From Azolla caroliniana (Eukaryota > Plantae > Polypodiophyta): a stretch of 64,000 nt of DNA. The stretch spans positions 3,658,001-3,722,000 of the forward strand of contig JBHGNT010000017.1 of assembly GCA_043228905.1 (NCBI GenBank). Direction: 5' to 3'. The notes beneath the pieces are model-generated. The model was not told the origin of the DNA and did not search any database. It saw only the letters and a list, made by a program, of their open reading frames with translations. The translations under genes were made by a program, and so were the position numbers. Below, piece by piece: positions 22,439 through 40,103 of this stretch (position 1 is its first letter; each line of letters opens with the position of its first letter).

Positions 22439-25400
22439 CTAACACCCAATTGGGAGAATAAGATTGGTAAGAGAGACCATCTTTTGAAGATAAAAATGTT
22501 GATTAAGTTAGTCTCAACGTAAGGATTCATGTAGTAATGATCTTTGGGTAAAATATATTAAATTATGAATTTGACGTTAGATATAAAACCGTTTTCCTAA
22601 CGTTATTGTTAATAATTATAAAATTTACCCAACGACAATCACAGTTATATGTACATTACAATGGAGTACACAATTTTCGTTTCACTGGCAAAATCTGTTC
22701 ACACTATTATTGACATAGAACAAAACAGCTAGCTAGGGTACTTACGTGGATGAAAACCATTAAAACCATTGGAGCAAACTAAATTAAAAAGACTTTGAAT
22801 AATAAAGCCTTCCCTAGATCTTACATGCCAAGATTGTAAAGTGTCTACATCTAGTGATAGCTTCTTTAATGAACATTAAGAGGGGGGTGAAATATAGAGA
22901 CAAGTTTGTGTGGAGTGAAAAATCTACATGCCCCTACAAGAACTACGCATCATGTTGTCTTTAATGAATATTAAGAGAGTTCGAATGCACAATTAACTTG
23001 ATTCTCTACCCTATGTCGACAAATGTCAATATTGTCACTCACACTTTAAATATTCAAAGCAATACTGATATGACCCTTAAATTTGTGAGACTTTACAGTC
23101 TAGTTACACATTTCAAGTTCGTATTTTAAACTAGTGAAATTGATTGTGTACTCCAACTAAGTCATCACTATGCTACTAAACAATATTTGAAGGGCTAAAG
23201 TGGTATAAAGTTCAGTAGTCATACTTCATTATGGAGAGATACCAGACTCTAAACTCTTTAATTCAACCTTGTGAAGTAGACTATCGTGGTCCCATCTACT
23301 TGTGCTTCAATCAATAATGTTCAAGCATATCTTCAATCAAACTTACTACATTAACTCCTTAGAATGCATTTAAACCTAGCTTGAGGATACCATCTAATCA
23401 TCCATAGAGTCATTCATAGGCTACAAAGATTCAAACACCTCATTTTCAAGAACATTTACCTTCTTCGCGTGCATTTAACATGAGCAATATGAAACTAGAG
23501 CTTAGGACACAATCTAATAGCTTATGGTCTTGACTCTTGACCATGTTATGGATTTGAAGTATATCACATCTTGGAAAATATATCATGTCTATATAACAAA
23601 TTAGAAAGGTTACTAACCCTCATTTAAGCATAGCAAAAATAGTTGTTGCACTCACCATTGATCTTCTTCAAATTAAGAAGATGATTTTGGTGGCAATGTG
23701 CATCTCTACTAAGCTAGGGGTTAAGTTTTGCATGCAGATCAAGTTTGTGACATTATAATGTATGCATATGGTCGAAAATTAGGTTCCATGAAAAAGAACA
23801 TAACATATTTCATCATTGTTGGGACATTATAATAGATGCATGTGGTTGAAAATTAGGTTCCATGAACATGAACACAACATATTTCATTGTCAACGTTGTT
23901 GGGACATTTTTCTCACTTGGTAAGAACAATTGCCATGAAAATGATTTGCATTTAGTGTACCAATTATTTTTGACATTGACATTGATAGATGGTTTCGACC
24001 CATGTCCCTTTTACACTAATATCTAAAGGTGAAAACTTGGATCCTAATGTGGGATGTGTCTTCCTTTATTATTTATGTGGACTCCTTTCATGTAATAGTT
24101 ATGTTAATGTGTGCATATCTATCTATCTATCTATATCTATATACATATATGTATCTATGTATTTTTGTTGTTGACTTGGGATATCAATGGAAGATCGTGC
24201 AACTGTAGTAGTGTTTGTACTAAAGAGTGAAAGTCCCATAGTAGCAGTGATGTACTTGGGAGGATCCTGGATAATATAGAAATTACGAGGACCAAATGTA
24301 CGACTCAAAAGGCAAAAAGGCTAAAGATGTGAGCTTATGAAGTAAATTCTAGCATTTTAGTTTCTTTGGTCTAAAGATTGGGGGGTATTATTTTAAGTGA
24401 CGATTAGAGCGTACTAAGCTATAATATAGCCACTATTCCGTAGGTCAGGGATTCAATTGACAAATAGAGGTCTTTATATGAAGTGGGAATGATCATTCTT
24501 GAAAGAGGCCAGAAAGCATTGATTTAATAATGTGAGACAAAACACAAATGCTTATGATGTGAAATGACAAGAAAACTTGTGAATGGAAACAAATTTCCAA
24601 GTAAACAGGCCATCGCCAAAATATATGTTCACATTGTATTAAGTACTCCGGCAAACAATTGGTATACCCAATCTTTTAGGATGATCACTAATAATACAAC
24701 GTTTTGCTAACATTAAAAGAATCACGTAGAAATCGTTGTCATTCCTTTGTGTGAGACCATCAAATTAAGGCCATGCAACGAGAAGAAGAAGGTGCAATGT
24801 GATAAAGAGATTAAAACCCCTCGTTTTCTTCGTTCCGGATCCAAGAGGGGGTTATTCGGGGTGGGATACATCGTGAATCGTGCATTCTTCATCATGTGAG
24901 AAGCTTTTGTTATACGTATTTCTTGTCTAAATCTTTGTCCGTGAACAAAAAAATACACCCCCATGATTACCATGATATCGGACCACAACCCCCCCCCCCC
25001 ACCAATCTTCCTGCAATGCAAAACAATAGAATTATTAACCAACAATTCACCTAGACTGTTACCACACCAACAAATAAATATACTTGAGCATGTACCATCC
25101 ATCCATTCGTTCCTTTTTAGATTCGATCTCAATAATAATGTACATCCACGAGTCTCTATCCATCCAAGACCTCGCCTCTTCAACTTATTATCGACATGTA
25201 CATGCAAAATGTCCATCGTACCCCCTCCACCCTTCCTCCCCCCAACATCACAAGAGTTGGGGGATTGTTCAAGCAAGAAATTGTCGTTCTTGTCCCCTCC
25301 TTTTGTTTGTCATGTGGTCGTTACGAGCCAACTGTTACGCCTTTATGTTAATATCTCTCCCTACGTCCCTTGTGTTGAAAAACAAATCAAAGTATCTTCT

Positions 25401-27659
25401 ACCTTGTTCTAGATCAAGTAAAAAGAGATAATGTAAAAATCACTCAGTGTTGCATCTCTCCTGGTGACTATATGATTCATAATAAATTCATACCACAAGC
25501 CGACAAAAATTGTCTGCCAAAATGTTAGGCTTAGGAGCCATGGATACATACATCCATGTTGGAGATCTACAATTGAAGTTTTTTATCACTAACACCTCCC
25601 ACAAGTTCCATAACTATCCTTGAGTTCTACATTTCACAAAACCAGGCCTAATTTTATCGGTATATGTTGTTAAGAACGAAAACCTACCGTTAAATTGTGG
25701 TAACTAATAATCGATTGCAATAGGCATACAAATTACTATATCCTGATCCTCCCAATGATAATGTGACAGATATTCACCACTGTCCTCTTGAGCAAGTAGT
25801 AATTTCGCTCAACTTTAATGATGCAAATGCTCTACACCTTAGGTCATATCTCCTAACTAAGTGCATGGGATTAGAAATTTGTGCACATGCTTCTGATTTC
25901 TTGAATCTGGTTCTATAGTTTAGACGTAATGTGCATGTGCTGAGGCGTTTCTCACCTAAATCATCTACAGGTAATCTCTAGAATTAGAGATGATTCTATC
26001 AGTTTTGCAATAATCCATATATACTGATTCCTGACAATGCTTCCCATGGAGTGTGGCTTAATGTAAGAAGCGAATAAGAGCGCTGTGCACAATAGAGACT
26101 AACGATGTTTGGGGTACCAAGATTGTTCTTACTTAGGATCACGCCACAAACATTTCTTTTAAAAGTAATATACCTAATCAAGCCAATAGATTAGTCTCCA
26201 AATATATCATTTGCATAGTATTGATTCGTCTGATTTTCGTATCCATTTGGCTAATGTGCTGCCATAAAGTTGCACGACCAAAGAAATGATGGATTATCCA
26301 TAGATATTTATTAGGGTTTTGTTAATGTGTCTTGATCGAGAGATGCTCCTTACTCTTTACTAACTGATTTTCGTATCGAATGGCCAGTGTGCTGTCATGA
26401 AGTTGCAAGATCAACGAAAAAATTGGATTACTGCTCTGAAACCATTGATATGAAATCGATATCCCCCATTACTGCTCTGAAACCTATAGGCTATAACACG
26501 GAATCAAAAACCATGAACGCTTGCATAATATACAAGGAAAGAAAATCTTCCAATGCTGTGTGACCTTTGAAACCCACAGTGCGGGATTAAAATCCGACAT
26601 ACTAATAAGTTTCTCTGAAATCTATAATTGGGAATCAGGTTCTTAGAAGAGAAAAAGTCTCATAGGTGTGCCATGAAGCCCCATGACATAGAATCAAATT
26701 CATGTATACGGGTAGTAAATAATAGGTCTAATAAGTTAACCAGAATGCATGAATGTTTGCAGCTGTGCATGATTGGAAGCAAGAAGTGGATTTAAAACAA
26801 AGACCTCTCCATCGAAAATTAAGTATGTTACCCATTGTAACCATGAATGATAATCATGGCATTTAGCAAGCATTCCCTAAAATTTCATCACATGGAGGTA
26901 TTGCGAGAATTAATCCCATTAATCCTTCAAAACACTCTTCTAGCCTTTCGTTTTTTAATTCTACAGCCAGCAAAATGAAACTGCTATGTTGAATTTTGAA
27001 AGCTACATTCACTCCTCAGAGAAGATGGAAAAGCTTCAGTAGAGGAACCAAAAAGGCAAAGATGTGAGCTTTTAAAAGAACATGGATGTAGGTGATCTTA
27101 CTGACCAGAAGCACATCAGGAACCATATACATACATATATATGGAGGCACCGAGCATCTGGCTAATTAGCCACCACTGAAAGTCCACAAAATAACAAACT
27201 GTTCTTCAAATCTCACGCAGGAAGACAGTAACAAAGAGAGAAAGAGCGAGACAGAAGGATCAGAGGCAGAGGAGGCCAATAATTTCGATTGTTTACAGAA
27301 GAAAGATTAGGGTTTCTTCCTGAGAAAAAGCCCTTCTTCCCTTGCTTTCCACACATACATATATACATATATATTATACATATACATATACATATATTCA
27401 TGTGATGTACTTCTACCTGTACTTTTTGCAATTTACACAAAAAATGCCCCCTTCACCACTTTCTCTCACAAATTCCCCATATACCCCTCACCTTATTTTT
27501 CTCATTTTCTCCACAAAGCTTTACACTAGTAAGGATTTGAGCAGAACGCACACCTGTGGCCATGGCCACTGTCAGTTTTAGTCTGGACATTATTGTTATT
27601 ACATCACGCAAGATCGTCCAAGCTTGGGTTTGTGGTGGCTCACGCTATTTTAACAATCA

Positions 27660-27800
27660 ACACATGTTATGTCAAGAGATGTGATGAGGGTGAGAGACAT
27701 AGATAGACACACACCCCCAGGCCGGCCATAACCCCCTTCCATGCCCGTCTCTGCCTTGCAACCCATTTGAAGAAGTGGGGACTTGATTTCATTGGTCCAA
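27660..27800 (+). mobile_element. Short Gypsy integrase remnant
   Basis: Translates to ...LQPFE/KWGLDFIGP with a frameshift; this motif is typical of the integrase core start. Confidence 0.55.
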
Positions 27801-28029
27801 CATGTCCAACCTTATTATTATCTATAATAATGAACACCGACCATTATTATATGGACTTAAAAATGCATGTTATGCAGTACAACCATGTCTTGGGACCTGA
27901 CCTGCCCCTAGGATTGGTCAATTTGGTTCATTTGCAAGTTTTGATGCCTTTTAAGCATGTCAAGGTACAAATTTAGGAGTACTCATTATCATAAAACATG
28001 CTTTAAATTGAATGGTTATTGATAATGAT

Positions 28030-28900
28030 CAACATCATAACATGGAGGTAGATGGTTGTGCAAGTCATGATGAATGAAGAAAGACTTATGAATTTGTTGC
28101 AATATATGCCCCCAATGCATCAAGAAGAAGAACCTTTGGCAAGACTTATTTGCTTACCCATGACTACAAATAGCAGTTAAATGTGAAGAACCTTTGGGAA
28201 AGACAATGTAATTGGGCATTTGTATATGCAGGGGGAGAGGAACGAAATCAATGTCTCAATATGTGATGCTTAGTAGCCTAGGGTAGGGTGACTTATGGAA
28301 AATGTTGCACCCTTGTCCATAGGTTTAATGTTCACCATAACAAACACCGGCAAATTATGCAAAGGCTAGACAAATGGGAACTTTAGACCATTTTTTACCA
28401 CTTTGAGATCATGCTCCAATTTGGCTCGATCTTCATTTCAAGATTTGTTCATATGAAGTGCATTTGCCAAGGAGGAGACTTATGGCTATGTTTATTAACA
28501 ACTAGCTCAAGCATAAACAACATATAGACTTGGATAGCAACATACTAGTTACAAATACAATTAGACATGTTAGAGAGACATTTTGACACTTGTTCAACCC
28601 AAAATTGGTGTTAATTACGTGAGCAAACGCATTCGCAATATATGAGTTTTTGGATGAGGAAAAGACAAAGACAATCAAGGTATTACTTAGAATTTATCAT
28701 AGAATTTTGGGATGTTTTCAAAGATGTCATATTGTACATGGCAATTGGCAAATAAAGCTTGGCAATACAAGGATATGGCAATCTCATGGAAAGATGATTT
28801 GGTTAGATGAATCCCCTAAAAGAAATTATGTCAAACTTTTTTGGATTGGTGACTCATTGCAAAGATAATTGTGAATCGTAGTAAAGCTAGTTTTTTGACA
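28030..28900 (+). mobile_element. Highly degraded L1-like endonuclease region
   Basis: FVAIYAPNASRRRTFW-like motif at about 28093-28140. The remainder is too decayed to set boundaries. Confidence 0.35.
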
Positions 28901-31365
28901 AGTACATGCAAATAAATATTCGCTCATCCTACAAACCACAAACCATAGATAACATTATTGATTCCTTTATCATAATGGAGTGTGTCAAATACACAAGACA
29001 AGATTTATTGATCATGGCAAATGAATTGAAAAGGCTTTTGAGACAAATAAATGGGATTTTGTGGAAGTTACAATGGTCAAACAAGAAGCTGGCCCAAAAA
29101 TGTTCCAAATAATTTATTGTCTTTGTAGGTCCACGACATCTTCATGCATAAGTAATGATGTATCAAAGATTCATATGATGCAACCAAATTAGCCAAAGAA
29201 GGTTGTTCTATACGTGCATTACTAAAGGCAATAGCAAACTCATCCATTATTGGTGTACATGCATGATCTAATGTGGATAACTTAGTTTCTACCAATCTAC
29301 TTCATGGTTCGAAAATGCATGATGGGCAAGATTTTGTGGCACAAGTATTTGTTGAGATACATCGTTCATACAAGAGTGATAGTGAAGGCCTTCAAATAGC
29401 TTGGATTTGTCATGGGATTGCATGTTAACTTTAACGGGTTCAAACTTCTATAATTGATAATATATCATTGTCATCAACTTTTGTCACCCACTCAAATTGT
29501 TAGCCTAAGCAAAGTGGTACATCTTGGTTATCCACTAGGGTGGATTGTAAGAGAGAAAGCAAAGGATGAATAGGTTCTCAAAAAGTGCAACCCAACCTTA
29601 CTTATTGGCATATTGAAACATGGCCCCTTCATGTTGTATTGAGGATATTTGAATCAATATTAATGGCTTACATGTATTATTACCTCATGATGATTGGCTG
29701 GCCCAAACAAATTATCCAAAAGGTTAACATAAAAACTCACGATACTTTTGGTGCTCTAAACTATTGCTCAAAGGCGGAAGGCTCCTATTACAAGAGAAAC
29801 TATGTGCAACCCAAGTTTGGGGAGGAATCAATATTCTTAATTTACATTTGCATATGTTTATTTGTAAAATCAGACTTGATGCCAAAATTATCCTCAACAT
29901 ATTACCTTCAAGAAGGATGCTACCATATATATTTGCCAATTTAGAAACAAGTCATTTGACTCATGGGATACTAACCATTGGGATGTACTAGCATTTGGGA
30001 AGGTTGATGGACATATCAAAGAATGTCAAAGAAGGCAATATAGCAATAAATAAAAATGGACATTGGAGTGTTAAGTTTCTATGATCATCGGCCGAACAAG
30101 AACCTAGAAAAACTTATTTTTTGGCAAGGTGTTAAAATAAATTCACGATGTCATAAATTATCAAGGTCACTTTAATATATGACATAGCATGTCTACATAG
30201 TCTTGGGGCATATCATTGACCTATGTAAAATAAAGTGCCCCAAGACTATGTAGAGAGTCCTTTGTCTTTTTTAGATAGAGAGTACAAGGTTCATGATTGG
30301 ATGTTGAAAAACGGCAGTATGTTATTCCAACGTATAACATTAACGCATTGTAAAGGTTACAATAATCCTCCTGCTTCCAAGAACCGGCAAATAGGGTTCA
30401 TGATTGAATGTTGACAAAGGCAGTATAGTTATTCCAATGGATAAGATTAACACATCCAATGTAAAGGTTACACCAACATTCCTTTCAAGAACATGAAAAT
30501 GCTTTGTAAACGTTACTGAAATCATGGTCTTGGCGAACACCTTACGAAGATGCCTGTTGGCGGCACTTCCCATTGGGTTGAAACTTCAAAAGAGAAATGT
30601 GCCTTTGCTACATTGTGCATCTGAAGGTTTTTGGTCTCTGCATAAGTATCCACAAGTTAGGGACATCCCACTTCAAATTTCAGTGTCCACTTGAAAGCTC
30701 AAATACCACTCAACATCATTTAGTTCCATTTTGTCCCAATGTTCTCCAGTTCTCACAGCCAATCAAATACCACCATTTAATCATTCCTTCCACACCTTCT
30801 TCACCATTAGTTCAATCATGAGCCAACCAGAGAATGCAGTTAAAAGGCAGTGAAGTTAAACCATGCACAAAGATAATTTGGTTTCATAGCATCCAACATT
30901 CTAATAAGAAGCCAACTATGTAGGTATTCAAATTGGCACATACTTACTATAAATGGTCTCAACATTCAAAGTAACAGTTAGTTTTATTGATACGAAGAAT
31001 TATAAAATACAATCAAGGATGCGTATAGGGGGATTCATGTTGAGTACCGAAATGGTTCGCTCTAACATTACCATTTTGGAGAGTTTATATAATAAATTTC
31101 TTCAAGATATGCTATGTGATTTAAGTACCCATATGAAGAGCTCAAAGGTGAAGCTTCTGCCATTTTATGTACAAAACTTTCCCATCATCTACCCCTTCTC
31201 CTCCCACACTGAATATAAACAGAAAAACAGGGGAGACGTGCTTCTGAGCTACTCTCATTAACAGTAAATAGAGACTTTACCACCTCCTATACTAGACTAG
31301 CCTTTCCAAAGCCCTATTTGCCTTTTGCATTGTATATAATATAGCCCAGTAAACCTTCAATAAAT

Positions 31366-36668
<5,303 letters not shown>

Positions 36669-37015
36669 TGTGTTGTTTCAATTGTGGGAGGGAGCATAAA
36701 AACTCTGGGGAGAGAGCAGTGACCTATGATGGATGCAGGACATCAAAGGACAAGGAGAAAGGGAAGGAGGGAGAGATACATATACACACATATGTATGTA
36801 TGAGAGAGACAGACAGACAGACAGACAGGAATCAAAGTTTGGGTGCTGCTGGCCTTCGTCGATGATATATGGATTCTTGCTGCTGCGATGGAGAAGAAAG
36901 AGGAAAGTAGAGAGAGAGAGAGGAACAAAGGAGGAACAGAGGAAGAGAGAGAGAGAGAGAGAGGAACAAAGGAGGAACAGAGTAAGAGAGAGATAGAGAG
37001 AGAAAGAGGAACAGA

Positions 37016-37046
<31 letters not shown>

Positions 37047-40000
37047 GCTATGTAGTGAAAACTCTCTCTCTCTCTCTCTCTCTCTCCCTCTGTTCCTCTC
37101 TCTCTCTCTCTCTCTAGTGCTCTCTCTCTCTCTCCCCTCTGAAGACATGTGGTTGGAATGCAAATGGGCCCCACCACCAACACACACCCATCGGAGCCAC
37201 CCGGACCGGCCAATGTCGAAACACGAGAGACTCTTCGATGGCTCGGGTATAATGTCTACTTATACGTATACGTATCCATATATGTATATGTGCGTGCGTA
37301 CGTATGTATACGTACATATATGTATATATGGACATCCCTTTCTAGGTTTCGGTATCATCTGGCGGGCCTCCCCACCCATAACTTATGCTCTCAGTAGGCA
37401 ACATTATGTGTCGATGCGCTTAAAAAAAGACGAAGAAGCCATTTCACATGTCGGTGTAACCCTCTCTCTACACACCTCCACCCAATGAGTCAAAGTGGTG
37501 GCCTTTGGAAGACACCTTTGAAATAGTGAAGGGTGGCCCCCATCCCTTTCCAAAGTGTGTGTCTAATCTCCTCCCGATTAATGAGCATCCCCCCCACCCC
37601 ACTCCCTCACGAAATGTCGCCTGTGCACATAGAACACACATACGTGAGAGCCATCTTTTTTTATTGCACACTCGCAAAAAAGGGAGTCATTTGTTTTGCT
37701 TTATGGTGTGTAGAATGGATTCTACTATATGATAACCATTCAAGATCTATTTCGTGTCTCTCATTGTGCCATGACGCATATCTCTCTTCCTCTGTGTTTA
37801 TACAAGATTCTCAACCCATGTCTTCGTTCTCTTCTGAGCCATTGGATTTTCATTAAGATTCAACGTGTTATACGTCACGTGCACAAGGGAACACTTTTTT
37901 TAATGTTTTTCCTAAACGTTATGTAGTGCTTGATTTTAAACATATTCCTCACACGTTACCTTGCTCTACATGTCTCCAACAACCACGATTTTAAGTCATT
38001 TAACATTGACACAACTTATCATGTAGTGAAAGTTTGTGTATACAAACCATGATTTTCTCTTAATCTAAGCCAGAACATTGTCATTGAAGTTATTTTCATC
38101 ACATTACAAAAATCACTTGATGTCAGTCAAGCAAAAGAAGTGGTTGGATTGTACATCAAGGAATGTTATCATTATGTATCCAAATGTTAAGCAAAAAGCG
38201 TGATATAAGTCCTTTGTGATCAGCCAAAGATCCGAAAATAGTTCACTCTCGTAACTATACAAATTCTCCATCATTTGTAAGTTACTCACTACATCAAAGC
38301 TTTGCAATTATAATGTTTGAGCTACAAGTAAAACAAGTCACATGTTTCTTTGAATGCAATCATAAGAAAGCAAAGTGAACTCAAAAAATGAAATGTGACA
38401 TACATACTATTTTATGAAACTTAATAAATTTTGGTGCATTTTACAATTCTGCATAACGCGTTCTTTTCTCTTCAACACTATATTTGTGCAAGACGTTACA
38501 AAAGTCTCAAAAAGAACAATCACTTAGTCGTGACTCGTGGTGTATAAAACTTAGCTACATACATATATGTACATATACATATACATATATATAATAATAG
38601 AAACTTGGGATGGAATAGCAAAATATCGAAATGCTATGTGCAACGGAATGAAGGTAATTTCGTCAAAATTTCAAGGCCCATTCTTGCTATATCACTTCAT
38701 AGAGGTTCAATGCTATGTCTGAAGAAAAAATGAGTGTCAAACTTTTATAATAAAGGCTGTCATATATATCAGAGAAGGAACAAGAAAATAGACTTTTCTT
38801 CTTTGAGGTCTAGGTATTGACAAGATTCACAATCTAGTTGTTGCTTCAATTTACACAACAATCACTTTAGAGATCATATACTTACCTACTTCTACTACAT
38901 CTATGGAAAAGAGAGCACGACAAGAGTGTGAAATATCCACATACTTTACCTATTATAACATTTGATGGCAAAGCATGCACCTCCTCCTTTATTAGTATTG
39001 TTGAGTTACTGTTTCACCAAATTTGTAGTCCACCTCCTTGTCACAAACCATCCCAATTTTGTCTTATTTCCTCTACTTCCCACATCCCACCAAATTCATT
39101 AGATAAGTTTATATATTTCCACAAATTGATAAACTCCTCCCTACATGTAGCCATAATATTTGACTACGAAAATTTCATGACAAGTGTTTCATAATTCATA
39201 AACATTACATGTGAAGGACAACGTCACGACTCACAACATCCACTAATCTTACAATGTACCCTATATTGAATAAAAATGACATGGGAGCCCAATTTTTACA
39301 TGCTTCCTTAGAATGTTCAACATCATGAGCTTATGCAATATGCTTGGTATGACACCTATCTAGTTTATACCCCAATTCACCTTTCAATGCACAATTTAGG
39401 GTCTCCTCAACAAAATGACTTAATGTGGGACATATGGTTCATAATCCTCATAAAGTTTTACTTTGATCAATTTTGTTTCAATATGTCATGATTCAGTTAT
39501 GAGCTGTAACCAAATATCAACTTTACAACGAGAGCAAAAAATAATTATGAGTTCATATATATTCATAAAACGGAATTGGAGGTTAATTGATATGGATACT
39601 ATTTAGTTTGCTTAATCATCAAATTGGTACAAGTGACTTTGTGAGTGTTATTCATCCATTGCACTTGCGCATAGCGACAACACCGTTATTCAACTTGACA
39701 TCTTCAAAAAGGAAAACAAACAAGAACCTTAAAAGGCAAATAAAATGGAAAATAACCCCTAAAGAAATATGCACTTCCAAAAAAATGCCATAATGAGAGG
39801 CCATGTACATTAACCTGTTGCTAGATGAAAGCCAAGAAAACATCTACAAAACACTTGGCCGATGACACGACAGAATGATCATTTCAAATGTAACAAAAGT
39901 AGTCCATGAGGAATAATGCATGAAAATCTGCATCTAAGACCTTCATTACACCGATATTATCAAAGGCTGTCTAAGAATGCATGTCAAAGAAAAGAAAAAA

Positions 40001-40103
40001 TTAGAGACTTCATACACGATAATGTGTTAAAAGAACTTCTAGCATTCATTTTTTGTCGTGGCATTGAGTTACATGTGTGAGTGTCTAATATATTGGTACA
40101 ATG

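Noticed and set aside
24722-25431. 184-aa and 149-aa overlapping ORFs
   Set aside because: No recognisable domain or splice structure; likely a decayed repeat.
26807-26897. Box C/D snoRNA call
   Set aside because: The box D position reads TCGA and I could not recognise an rRNA guide. Left only as part of a low-confidence finding.
27300-27320. Telomerase RNA template
   Set aside because: A single AAACCCTAA with no recognisable USE/TATA Pol III promoter or conserved TR motifs; more likely a telo-box.
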